A DNA stretch of 62,917 nucleotides, counting the filler. It is 5 parts of 5 records of this genome, joined end to end, with 100 filler letters (N's around TTAATTAATTAA, not from the genome) between each part and the next. Parts side by side here need not be neighbours in the genome. Positions count along the whole stretch, not along the records: positions 1 to 20,655 come from DRR723986_7112; 4 more parts are not named here. The stretch is one strand, 5' to 3'. The translations under genes were made by a program, and so were the position numbers. Positions 9,962-18,594 of this stretch are shown here, piece after piece; the stretch's first letter is position 1; every line of letters begins with the position of its first letter. The notes under the pieces were generated by a model. That model did not search any database and was not told the DNA's origin. It was given only the letters and a program-made list of their open reading frames with translations.

Positions 9962-11578
9962 ATGAAAAAACAATACTCAATCCGTTTCCTGTTATTGGCA
10001 GCACTGGCTGCGGCTTTCACCGTCATTCTCGTGTTTACGGTTGTTTACAGCGCGCAGTCCCAGCGAGCCCACCTCGAGGATTTCAGCCACAAATACGTGG
10101 ATGGTCTGGCAAAGTCCTTTTTCGATGGCCTTAACACCATGATGGTGACGGGTACCATTAATAACCGTGATGTTCTACGGGAGAAGGTGATGGCTCCTGA
10201 GGACGTACTGGATGTTCGGGTGATCCGCAGCGATCAGCTTAATGCCATGTACGGTGCAGGTAATGCCGCCGAACAACGCCGTGAGCCGCTGGACATGAAA
10301 GCGCTGGATGGTGAACGGGTAGAGCACTATTCGGAGAACGACGCGGGTCGTGTCTACACGTTGATCGAGCCGGTTATTGCCAGCGAAAACTATCAGGGCG
10401 TGAACTGCCTCGGCTGTCACCAGGCCCAGGAAGGGGACGTGCTTGGCGCTATTCGGGTCGACTATTCTTTGGCGGAGAGCGACGCGCGCCTGCAGCAGCA
10501 GTTGATGGTGAGTGGCGGTATCCAGATTCTGATCTTTGTGGTTATTTTCATACTGACTACCGTAGTGTTGGGGCGCCTGGTGTTTTCCCGCTTACGTCGG
10601 CTACACGACCGAATGGATGAAATCTCCCGCAATTCGGATCTCTCCATAGAGCTGGAGGTAACCCGAAACGATGAGATTGGTTCGGTCTCTCGTGCGTTCA
10701 ATCGGATGGTCGCCAAGATCCGCGCCAGCATGCATACGGTGATGGACAACGCAGAACAGGTTGAAGCGGCGGCCCGCACCATTGCCGGTAAGGCAGAGAC
10801 CACCGAGCAGGAAGTGCTGGCCCAGAAAGACAATACCGACCAGGTGGCCAGTGCCACCACCGAGATGGCCGCTTCCGCGGTGCAGGTTCGAGAGAACGCG
10901 GTGACTACCGCACGGAAATCGGCCGATACCACCAAATCGGCAGAAACCGGAGAGCATCTGGCTAGAAATGCGGTTCAGGGTATTGAATCTCTGAACGCGG
11001 AAGTCCAGAACGGTGCGCAGCGTATTGAGCAGTTGGATCAGCGGACAACGGAAATGGCCTCACGGCTGGAGCTGATTTCCGAGATTGCCGACCAGACCAA
11101 CCTGTTGGCCCTGAACGCGGCGATTGAAGCGGCCAGAGCTGGTGAGCAGGGTCGGGGATTTGCCGTGGTCGCAGACGAAGTCCGGGCGCTTGCCTCGCGC
11201 ACTCAGGCGTCCACTGAGGAGATTCGCCAAACCATTGAGGGGCTGAAAAAAGAGGTGGTGGATTGTGTCGGTACCATGCGCCATGCCTCGGAACTTGCCC
11301 AGCATCAGGTGGATTCAATTCTGAAAGTGGAAACCGAGCTGCAAACCATTGCTGCAGCGGTGCGTGAAATCACGGGGCTGAATGAGGAAATGGAGAGTGC
11401 GGCTAACGAGCAGAGCGAAGTGTCGGACTCCATCAATCAGAACGTGATTGAAATCAGCCGCTCTGCCGAGCAGACCTCCAGCGATGCCCAGGAGACCGCG
11501 CGAATTGCAGGGGATCTGCTGGCCATGGCGGAAACCCTGCGCAAAACCATCGAGCAGTTCCGCCTGTCCCAGAGCTGA
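9962..11578 (+). CDS. Methyl-accepting chemotaxis protein with periplasmic CxxCH motif
   Basis: Two TM helices, HAMP, signalling domain [34 protein letters not shown], periplasmic CLGCH. Confidence 0.92.
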   Translation: MKKQYSIRFLLLAALAAAFTVILVFTVVYSAQSQRAHLEDFSHKYVDGLAKSFFDGLNTMMVTGTINNRDVLREKVMAPEDVLDVRVIRSDQLNAMYGAGNAAEQRREPLDMKALDGERVEHYSENDAGRVYTLIEPVIASENYQGVNCLGCHQAQEGDVLGAIRVDYSLAESDARLQQQLMVSGGIQILIFVVIFILTTVVLGRLVFSRLRRLHDRMDEISRNSDLSIELEVTRNDEIGSVSRAFNRMVAKIRASMHTVMDNAEQVEAAARTIAGKAETTEQEVLAQKDNTDQVASATTEMAASAVQVRENAVTTARKSADTTKSAETGEHLARNAVQGIESLNAEVQNGAQRIEQLDQRTTEMASRLELISEIADQTNLLALNAAIEAARAGEQGRGFAVVADEVRALASRTQASTEEIRQTIEGLKKEVVDCVGTMRHASELAQHQVDSILKVETELQTIAAAVREITGLNEEMESAANEQSEVSDSINQNVIEISRSAEQTSSDAQETARIAGDLLAMAETLRKTIEQFRLSQS

Positions 11579-11600
11579 AATGGGCGATATACCGGGGCAC

Positions 11601-12248
11601 TCAGCCCCGGTGATCAGACACAAACGGATTGGTGGCGCGTTCCTGGCCAAACGTAGACATGGGGCCGTGGCCACAGATAAAGCTAACGTCATCCCCGAGC
11701 GGGAACAGCTTTTCCCGGATAGAGTGAATCAGGGTGTTGTAATCGCCTTTCGGGAAATCCGTGCGGCCAATGGAACCATTGAACAGCACGTCACCCACCT
11801 GGGCCAGTTTTGAGCCTCGATGGAAAAACACCACATGGCCAGGGGTGTGGCCCGGCGTGTGCAGTACTTCCAGGGTTTCATTGCCAACGGTCACTGTATC
11901 CCCGTCTTCCAGCCATCGATTGGGCGTGAACACCTCCGGCGCCGGAAACCCGAACATCTGTGCCTGCATGGCCAGGCCCTGAATCCAGAAGTTGTCGTCC
12001 TTGTGCGGGCCTTCAATGGGCAGCCCCGCTGATTTGGCTAGCTCCGCCGTGCCGCCGGCGTGATCTATGTGGGCGTGGGTGAGAAGGATCTTTTCCAGAA
12101 TCACGCCTTCGTCCTCGGCTGCCGCCAGAATGCGATCCAGGTCCCCGCCAGGGTCGACCACCGCTGCTTTGTGGGTTTCGGTACACCAGAGCAGGGTGCA
12201 GTTTTGTTCAAAGGGTGTGACGGGTACGATCTTGTACTTCAGCGACAT
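11601..12248 (-). CDS. Metallo-beta-lactamase fold hydrolase (YcbL/GloC-like)
   Basis: THAHIDHAGG, HTPGHTPG, GDVLF-GSIGRTDFP, GHGP. Confidence 0.9.
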   Translation of the reverse strand: MSLKYKIVPVTPFEQNCTLLWCTETHKAAVVDPGGDLDRILAAAEDEGVILEKILLTHAHIDHAGGTAELAKSAGLPIEGPHKDDNFWIQGLAMQAQMFGFPAPEVFTPNRWLEDGDTVTVGNETLEVLHTPGHTPGHVVFFHRGSKLAQVGDVLFNGSIGRTDFPKGDYNTLIHSIREKLFPLGDDVSFICGHGPMSTFGQERATNPFVSDHRG

Positions 12249-12505
12249 ACTGTTCCAGTTTGTTCAGATTTGATTTTGCGGTAGAGAGCATCCGGGGCAA
12301 TGTCTGCTTCGTTGGGCCAGCAGATGGCTCCGAACTCATCAACTTTTGCTTGAGCAAAGAATGCCGGGTCTTTCAGGGGCTCGAACATCGGGCCAAACAA
12401 ACGATCTGCAAGGCTGATCTCGCCGTGAGTACCATCATCGAAGGTGACGGCCAGTACGTAATCGGCCTTGGCTTCCACATGGGTGACTCTGGGCATGCTG
12501 TTCAT
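12239..12505 (-). CDS. DUF2442 family protein (putative antitoxin)
   Basis: YVLAVTFDDG, FEPLKDPAFF, ICWPNEADIAPDALY typical of DUF2442. ATGA overlap with upstream DUF4160 gene. Confidence 0.8.
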   Translation of the reverse strand: MNSMPRVTHVEAKADYVLAVTFDDGTHGEISLADRLFGPMFEPLKDPAFFAQAKVDEFGAICWPNEADIAPDALYRKIKSEQTGTVCR

Positions 12506-12762
12506 TCCAATGGCTCTATCTTCTTCAGTGGCTGGTGCAGCTCGGCAAGGCGCCAGTCTGCGATAAGGTCCTGCCGGTGTTCAAAGGCCCATTCGATAAC
12601 CATCGCTTTGGCTCTTTTGGGCAGTTTGCCCTCAACAATCTCCAGCGTTTCGATCAGAATGATGGCCTCGTGTTCCCCATAATAAGCGTGAAAATGGGGA
12701 GGATTATGGTCATCGTAATACATCCGTATCAGAATGCCGAAGAATTCACTGATGGTTGGCAT
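12502..12762 (-). CDS. DUF4160 family protein (putative toxin)
   Basis: MPTISEFFGILIRMYYDDHNPPHFHA, GKLP, VIEWA. GGAGG RBS before ATG at 12762. Confidence 0.85.
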   Translation of the reverse strand: MPTISEFFGILIRMYYDDHNPPHFHAYYGEHEAIILIETLEIVEGKLPKRAKAMVIEWAFEHRQDLIADWRLAELHQPLKKIEPLE

Positions 12763-12833
12763 GGGCCCTCCGTGGCTCATAAGGTGTCATATTTTGGTAG
12801 ACCGATAATAACAATCTGCGGACAGGTGAGCTA

Positions 12834-13616
12834 TTGAAGAACTACCTCCAGAAAATCCTTCAGGGCCAGGCGATTAACTACGAGGCCTTTCTGAAGAAGC
12901 TGCCGGATTCCCAGCGTCGGCGGCATCGGGAGCTGTTCGCAACGGAGAAGGTTGGCGCCAATCGCTGGCAGATAACCATTCTTGATGAAGCTGCGTTTGC
13001 GGAGTTACATCGACAGGCCGCTTCACCCGTTAGCAGAGTAGATGCGGCGAAGAAGGGCGATTCCCACCGCCACGGCACCGATGTGAGTTTTCTGCTGGTA
13101 TATCATCACGCCCTGACAGGCAACCGGCCGGATTCGGTGGTGATTACCGGAGATTCGGTGGATATCGGTTTTCGGCCAGCGCCCCGGGTGCTGGTGGTGG
13201 AGAATGAGCGAAATTTTTATTACTACCGACAGATGCTGGCATTTGCCGGTGACTGCCTGGGCCAGACAGTTGATCTCACAAACAGCGATGTCGTGCTCGG
13301 TGGCGGCAATCGGATTACCGGTACTGCGGATTTGAACTGGCTGACCAGTTACGATGAGGTGCTCTGCGCCTTTGATTACGATGCCGGCGGCCTGCAGATG
13401 TTTTCATCGGTGCGATCGGCACTGGGCGACAAGGCCTGCTATCTGCAGCCGGCTGACTGGCAACCTTGGCTGAGCCGTTTCCGCAAAACCCCGGACTCCA
13501 CCGAAAGGTTTACAAAAGCCCTGTCGCTGGCGGAAGATCTGGAGTTTGTGTCGCTGGCGCAGGCCTTCCGGGCCACCGGCAAATTCATGGAACAGGAGAT
13601 GATTCTGGATGAGTGA
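12834..13616 (+). CDS. Toprim-domain nuclease, JetD/MksG-like
   Basis: Toprim Glu motif VLVVENERNF, DxD motif FDYDAGGL, C-terminal MEQE. TTG start with AGGTG RBS. First gene of an SMC operon. Confidence 0.75.
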   Translation: MKNYLQKILQGQAINYEAFLKKLPDSQRRRHRELFATEKVGANRWQITILDEAAFAELHRQAASPVSRVDAAKKGDSHRHGTDVSFLLVYHHALTGNRPDSVVITGDSVDIGFRPAPRVLVVENERNFYYYRQMLAFAGDCLGQTVDLTNSDVVLGGGNRITGTADLNWLTSYDEVLCAFDYDAGGLQMFSSVRSALGDKACYLQPADWQPWLSRFRKTPDSTERFTKALSLAEDLEFVSLAQAFRATGKFMEQEMILDE

Positions 13617-16551
13617 TTCACAGGCGAGCGCGAGCACGTTCACCTTCGGCATTCGCCGCCTGGTGCTGGTGGACTCCGCCGGCTTCTGTTACGTGGAAAT
13701 TCCGGTAGACAACCACGGCCTGATTCTGGGGCCGGGCAACCTGGGTAAATCCAGCTTGCTGAACTCCCTGCGCCTGTTCCTGTTGCCAGAGAATAACTTC
13801 AAGAACAGCCGCAAGAAATTTGCCTTCCGCAACGCCAGCGCCGGCAGCTTCTACACCAACGAAGAAAGCTTCCAGCACTACTTCCCCAGCCAGTTCAGCT
13901 TCCTGATTATGGAAGCGGAAAACCCGGCGGGCAGCCATTGCCAGATCCTGTATCGCGACAACGCAAGCCAGCTTAGCTACGGCCGGGCCTTTGTACCGGT
14001 CAGTTACGACCAGTTGCGACCTTTGTTCTGGAACGGCGACGATGAAGATGGCATTGGCCAGGCGGTGCCGGAGCTCTCATTCACCCGGCTGTCGGAGGCG
14101 CTGAAAAAGCTCTCGAAAGAGACCAGGCTGGTCAACGACCCGGCCAAACTGAAAACCATGCTCTACAGCAGTGAGTTGATGAACGCCGACGCGGTGCGCT
14201 ACTCCGTGCTGCCCCTGGGCGAATCGGACGAACGCAGAGTTCAGTCCCTGCGCACCCTGATCCTGCTGCTGTTCGAGATGAAGGCGGACGATCAGGCCAT
14301 GGCCAACGCCGTGGCCAGCATTATCGAAGCGGACAAGAAGTTTGCTGACGATGCCTTTGACTTCAACATCGACGATTTCCTCAATCGCCACGATCAGCTC
14401 AAGCAGCAGCAAAGCCAGCTCAACCGTATCGAGAAAGAGCGACACCGGTTTGAGAAGCTGAACCGGGACTACCAGGCCTACCAGACCCTGCTGCGCAGCC
14501 AGCACGAGTTTGCCGCCTTCCGGGACGGGGTGACCAACGCCTTGGCCGATATTGCTGCCAAACGCGGGGCGGCGCTTGAGGCTTTCAACGATCAGAACGA
14601 CACCCTGCGCCACGTGCTGCAAACCCTGAAAAAACTGGAGCAGGATGCCAGCGGTTTGAAGGGCGAGATTCGCTCCGCCGATCGGCGTATCAAGCAGGCC
14701 GAACAGAGCCAGAAAGACGGTGAGCTGCTGATCTCCCAGTATGGCGACATGACCCTGCAGGAAATTGCAGAGATCCAGACCGAAGAACTGGAAAGCAAGA
14801 AAGGCCACCTTGCTGCCCTGAAAAGCGCCGCCCAGGCGGAAATCCGACTGGAGCAGATTCAGCGCAAAAAGCAGGATCTGGAGCGCAAGCTGGAAACCCT
14901 GAAAGACCGGGAGAGCAAACAGCAGTGGCAGTTGCAGAACCAGCTGGACGAAACGACCGCTGCGCCGTTGCGGGCGGTTGATCCCCGGCTGATGATGGCG
15001 AGCCCCGGCCAGGATCTGGATGCTGATAGCAAAGCCACCATTGAAGCCTTCGCGCGCCTGTTTGCCCCCAACGATCGCGGCTTTGACTGGTTTGATACTG
15101 AATACGAGAACCAGCCTGCCCGGCACACCAACTTTGCCGAGCAACGCCATTATATTGAAGGTGAACTTCATGGTCTGGAGAAAGAACGCTCAGAGCTGGC
15201 TGACACCGCCAATCAGGAACACGACCGACCTCAGTTGATCGAGCGCACGGACAAGGAAATCCGGTCTATCGAGAAAGATCTGGAAACGCTCCAGCGCTAC
15301 CCGGCGGCGGCCACCACCCTGCGGGATGCCACCGAGGAGAAAAAGGCGGCGGAAGAGCAGCTTGCCAAGCTCGACGAGCAGGCCCGGCTGGAGCAGGAGA
15401 AACAGGACGCGGTTCAGGCGAAAGCCACGAGAGCAAAAGCAGAGAAAGATCGCACTGAAGAGCGAGAGCGCGAGCTGGCGGCCCTGAGTAAAAGTGTCGG
15501 CACTGTGGAGCACCGCTTCCCGCACCTGAGAGCGGTTGAAGCGGAGCAGCCACTGGACATTGATCGTGTATCGGCGGCCGCCTTCGACGCCCTGCAAAGC
15601 CAATTGGATGATCTGGAAGAGCGGCGCCGCAACATTCTCGACCACCTTCGCCAGTTTGTGTACCTGGGTATCCATGAAGATACCGAAGGGGAATTGCAGA
15701 AAGACAGCCCCGCGTCGTCTGTTATCCGAAGCACCTTCAAGAGCCTTTCAGATCTGTACGCCGGCATGGCCGAGCGCTGGAGTGTTCTGGAGCAGCAGGT
15801 CGGCATCCACAATGAAACCGTCGCCAGCTACCGCCAGGCCCTGAAGTCCAACCACGAACACATTGCACGGTTCGAGGCCCAGCTCAATCGGGAACTGGAC
15901 GGCGTTCGCATCAACGATCTGGTGGAAATCCGGGTGGACATTCACACCGATCCGAAATTCCGTAACTTGGTGGAAGAAGCCAACAACATTGATCCGTATG
16001 GCAATAAGCTTCAGTCCGATGCTTTCTACGACCGCCTTAGGGTGTTTGTAGCGGACTTTTTCGGGGAGCAGGGCGGCAGCAAGCGCCTCACCATGGATAA
16101 AGTCATCACCGGCATTTCCTACCGCACCCGCAAGGAGAACGCCGCCAATCTGGACAAGAAAGGCCAATCCACCTCTACTACCGCGCTGATCAACCTGGAG
16201 CTGGTTTACCGCCTGCTCAAGCGGGTGCTGTACCCTGGCGTGCAGCTGTCGTTCCCTATGGTGCTCGACGAACTGGCCAGCGTGGATATCAGCCAGATGC
16301 CGTCGTTGCTGGAACGGCTGCGCAAGCAGGGATTCAACCTGTTCTCTGCCGCTACCCACAGCGCCAGCGCCGAAGTGATCTACCTGATTGGCCGGCACCT
16401 GGAGGTGGGGCAGATGCGCACCGCGCGGCCCTACAGCAAGGAACGCACTCTGGTGTTCTGGGGCGGCGCGGAAGGTTTTACTGGTGGTGAACCGCTGAGC
16501 CACTGGGCAGACCAGACCCAGAACAGCTTGCTGGAGCCGGTGGATGAGTAA
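13609..16551 (+). CDS. SMC-family ATPase (MksB/JetC-like condensin subunit)
   Basis: Walker A GPGNLGKS, long coiled coils, signature-position GQSTST, Walker B/D-loop MVLDELASVD, H-loop SAATH. 980 aa. Confidence 0.85.
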   Translation: MSDSQASASTFTFGIRRLVLVDSAGFCYVEIPVDNHGLILGPGNLGKSSLLNSLRLFLLPENNFKNSRKKFAFRNASAGSFYTNEESFQHYFPSQFSFLIMEAENPAGSHCQILYRDNASQLSYGRAFVPVSYDQLRPLFWNGDDEDGIGQAVPELSFTRLSEALKKLSKETRLVNDPAKLKTMLYSSELMNADAVRYSVLPLGESDERRVQSLRTLILLLFEMKADDQAMANAVASIIEADKKFADDAFDFNIDDFLNRHDQLKQQQSQLNRIEKERHRFEKLNRDYQAYQTLLRSQHEFAAFRDGVTNALADIAAKRGAALEAFNDQNDTLRHVLQTLKKLEQDASGLKGEIRSADRRIKQAEQSQKDGELLISQYGDMTLQEIAEIQTEELESKKGHLAALKSAAQAEIRLEQIQRKKQDLERKLETLKDRESKQQWQLQNQLDETTAAPLRAVDPRLMMASPGQDLDADSKATIEAFARLFAPNDRGFDWFDTEYENQPARHTNFAEQRHYIEGELHGLEKERSELADTANQEHDRPQLIERTDKEIRSIEKDLETLQRYPAAATTLRDATEEKKAAEEQLAKLDEQARLEQEKQDAVQAKATRAKAEKDRTEERERELAALSKSVGTVEHRFPHLRAVEAEQPLDIDRVSAAAFDALQSQLDDLEERRRNILDHLRQFVYLGIHEDTEGELQKDSPASSVIRSTFKSLSDLYAGMAERWSVLEQQVGIHNETVASYRQALKSNHEHIARFEAQLNRELDGVRINDLVEIRVDIHTDPKFRNLVEEANNIDPYGNKLQSDAFYDRLRVFVADFFGEQGGSKRLTMDKVITGISYRTRKENAANLDKKGQSTSTTALINLELVYRLLKRVLYPGVQLSFPMVLDELASVDISQMPSLLERLRKQGFNLFSAATHSASAEVIYLIGRHLEVGQMRTARPYSKERTLVFWGGAEGFTGGEPLSHWADQTQNSLLEPVDE

Positions 16552-17971
16552 ACGCTTCAGCACCCTGGACACCACCCGGCTGCTGTTTGAGCACCCGAAA
16601 ATCCTGTTCCGGATGATCGAGCGCATGGACCGCAATGAAGCCCGGTTCATCCGGGAAAGCGACCTGGTGGCCGAGGTGATGGATTACACTCGAGGCCTGG
16701 GCAAGGCCGATCGGGAGCGCGTGCGGCTGGCCCTGAACACCGACAATCTGTTTCGCAGTGGGCTGATCATCGACATCATCAAGGCCGACGGCGAACGCCG
16801 GCTGGTATTTCAGGACGCACTGATCAATCTGATGCGGGCCTGTAACGCCTCGCTCTACCAGGAGCTTACTGACGCCCGCCTGCGCGGCCATCTGGTGACT
16901 CTTCGGGATGTGCGCAATCGCCTGGAAACCAGCAGTTTCAGTGATGCTGATCCGGATTACACCGAGCTGCGGGGCGATCTGAACGAGCGGGTCAGCCAAC
17001 TGATCGGCCTGTTGCGCCAGAACGTGTTGCGCATGCAGACCATCAGTGCCCAGCTGGCGGACCTGTCCGGTGATGCCAGCCGGGCGCCGGAGAAGTACCT
17101 GGAGTTCCGCCAGAATCTGTTTGAGCAGATCGTGACCCTTTATGAACGCCATATCAAACCCACGCTGGTGTTCCTGAACCCGGACACCCGGCTGCCTGAC
17201 GGCAGCAATCTGTTCGAAACCCTGGAAGCCATGGTGCGCCTGCTGGAGGGCCACGATGACCACAGCCTGGCGGATCAGCTGTTCCGTTCCTCTATCAGCC
17301 TGAACGCCCTGTACAAGCCCATTCAGGCGGTGGCCCAGGAGGTCGAACACTTCCTGCGCAAAACCCGCCGGGGTATGGCCCAGTACAACGCCATGGAGCA
17401 TTTCTACGGCAAGCTGCGTGCGCTCAAAGACGACACCGAAACCCTCAGCCTGCGCCGAAAATGGCTCGAAGGCGGCGATTTTGCCCGCAGCACCGGCTTC
17501 CTGGTGGGCCTGCGGGCACAGCAGCGGCCCAAGCATTATGCCTTTGGCCAGTCGTCGAGCTACTACCAGTTGTTGTTCAGCGAACTGGAGCTGCGCCTGA
17601 GCGATCTGCGCCGCCAATCCGAAGTGCCGGTACTGCAGGAAGTGGCCGGAGGCGGCCGCGAAAGCCGGGTAGACCTTCAGCGCATCAACCAATTGTATAA
17701 GTGGCTGGAAACCCTGGAATTGCGGCCCACGGCGGATCTGGTGCGGGAGCTTCACGGCCGGCTGGATGGCTTCATCCCGGGCTACCGTTTTGCGGACCTG
17801 CTGGCAGCCCTGAACCGGCTGGTCAATTCGCCGCCGGAGGGTATGCAGGTGACAACCACTAACCGTTTCCGCACCCTGGAACAGGCGCCGGACTGTGAAC
17901 AGTTTGTGTACCGCAAACGACGCCTTGAAACCGATACGACTGATACAGAACAAGAGCCAGACCATGCCTGA
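16544..17971 (+). CDS. Putative kleisin subunit (MksF/JetA-like)
   Basis: 475-aa mostly helical protein coupled between the SMC and MksE-like genes. Assigned mainly by size and context. Confidence 0.6.
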   Translation: MSKRFSTLDTTRLLFEHPKILFRMIERMDRNEARFIRESDLVAEVMDYTRGLGKADRERVRLALNTDNLFRSGLIIDIIKADGERRLVFQDALINLMRACNASLYQELTDARLRGHLVTLRDVRNRLETSSFSDADPDYTELRGDLNERVSQLIGLLRQNVLRMQTISAQLADLSGDASRAPEKYLEFRQNLFEQIVTLYERHIKPTLVFLNPDTRLPDGSNLFETLEAMVRLLEGHDDHSLADQLFRSSISLNALYKPIQAVAQEVEHFLRKTRRGMAQYNAMEHFYGKLRALKDDTETLSLRRKWLEGGDFARSTGFLVGLRAQQRPKHYAFGQSSSYYQLLFSELELRLSDLRRQSEVPVLQEVAGGGRESRVDLQRINQLYKWLETLELRPTADLVRELHGRLDGFIPGYRFADLLAALNRLVNSPPEGMQVTTTNRFRTLEQAPDCEQFVYRKRRLETDTTDTEQEPDHA

Positions 17972-18587
17972 TTTCGTGGAAACCCGGGATACAGAGAGCC
18001 CCCTGAACGAGCAGGGCGCGACCAGCTTCGAGCAGATCCTGCCGGCTCACAGTGCCGCCATCTACCGGGAGTTCCAGGCTGGCCGGGTGATTGTGCGGGA
18101 TGTGTGGGACAACAACCGCTCGGAACTTCGTGCCAACCCCCTCTACAACCTGCTGTATAACCACCTGTCTCACTTCCGTACTTTCTATGAGCATCTGGGT
18201 AGCGACCTGGTGTTCAATGAAACCGGCGCCTTTTTCTTCCTGAAAGAGAGCAGTGACGACGAAAGCGAAGAGCACGATGAAAACGCTTTCCGGGTGCAGG
18301 TGGTATTGCTTCTGATCGGCCGTTACTTTGCCCGAAGCGGCAGAGATCTGGATTACCTGGGGCGCCCTGAAGCCGGTTTAAACGAGCAGGATCTGGCAAA
18401 TCTGGGGGCGGATGAGGAGTATCAGGACATCCTTCGGGCCGCCCGTTTCGAGAAAGGGTTGAGCGAAGCGCTGGATTACCTGGAAAAACGGAACCTGCTG
18501 TTTCGCTCCGGGGCAGGGCGCTATTTCCTCAGCTCCGCCGGTATTTACTTTTTAAACCAGCTGGTGCAGGAGTACGAGCAGAGCTAG
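17964..18587 (+). CDS. Condensin KITE subunit (MksE/JetB-like)
   Basis: IYREFQAGRVI, NPLYNLL, FRTFYEHLG-LV, FFFL, RYFLSSAG resemble MksE-type tandem winged-helix proteins. ATG at 17964 overlaps the upstream stop. Confidence 0.7.
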   Translation: MPDFVETRDTESPLNEQGATSFEQILPAHSAAIYREFQAGRVIVRDVWDNNRSELRANPLYNLLYNHLSHFRTFYEHLGSDLVFNETGAFFFLKESSDDESEEHDENAFRVQVVLLLIGRYFARSGRDLDYLGRPEAGLNEQDLANLGADEEYQDILRAARFEKGLSEALDYLEKRNLLFRSGAGRYFLSSAGIYFLNQLVQEYEQS

Positions 18588-18594
18588 GCCCCGC

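Noticed and set aside
13609-16551. SbcC/Rad50, Lamassu LmuB or MukB identity
   Set aside because: No SbcD phosphoesterase partner and no CxxC zinc hook seen. Too short for MukB. MksE-like and Toprim partners fit Mks/Wadjet better.
14077-17965. Long antisense ORFs (364, 300 and 495 aa) over the SMC operon
   Set aside because: Mirror frames of GC3-rich genes with no domain signatures.
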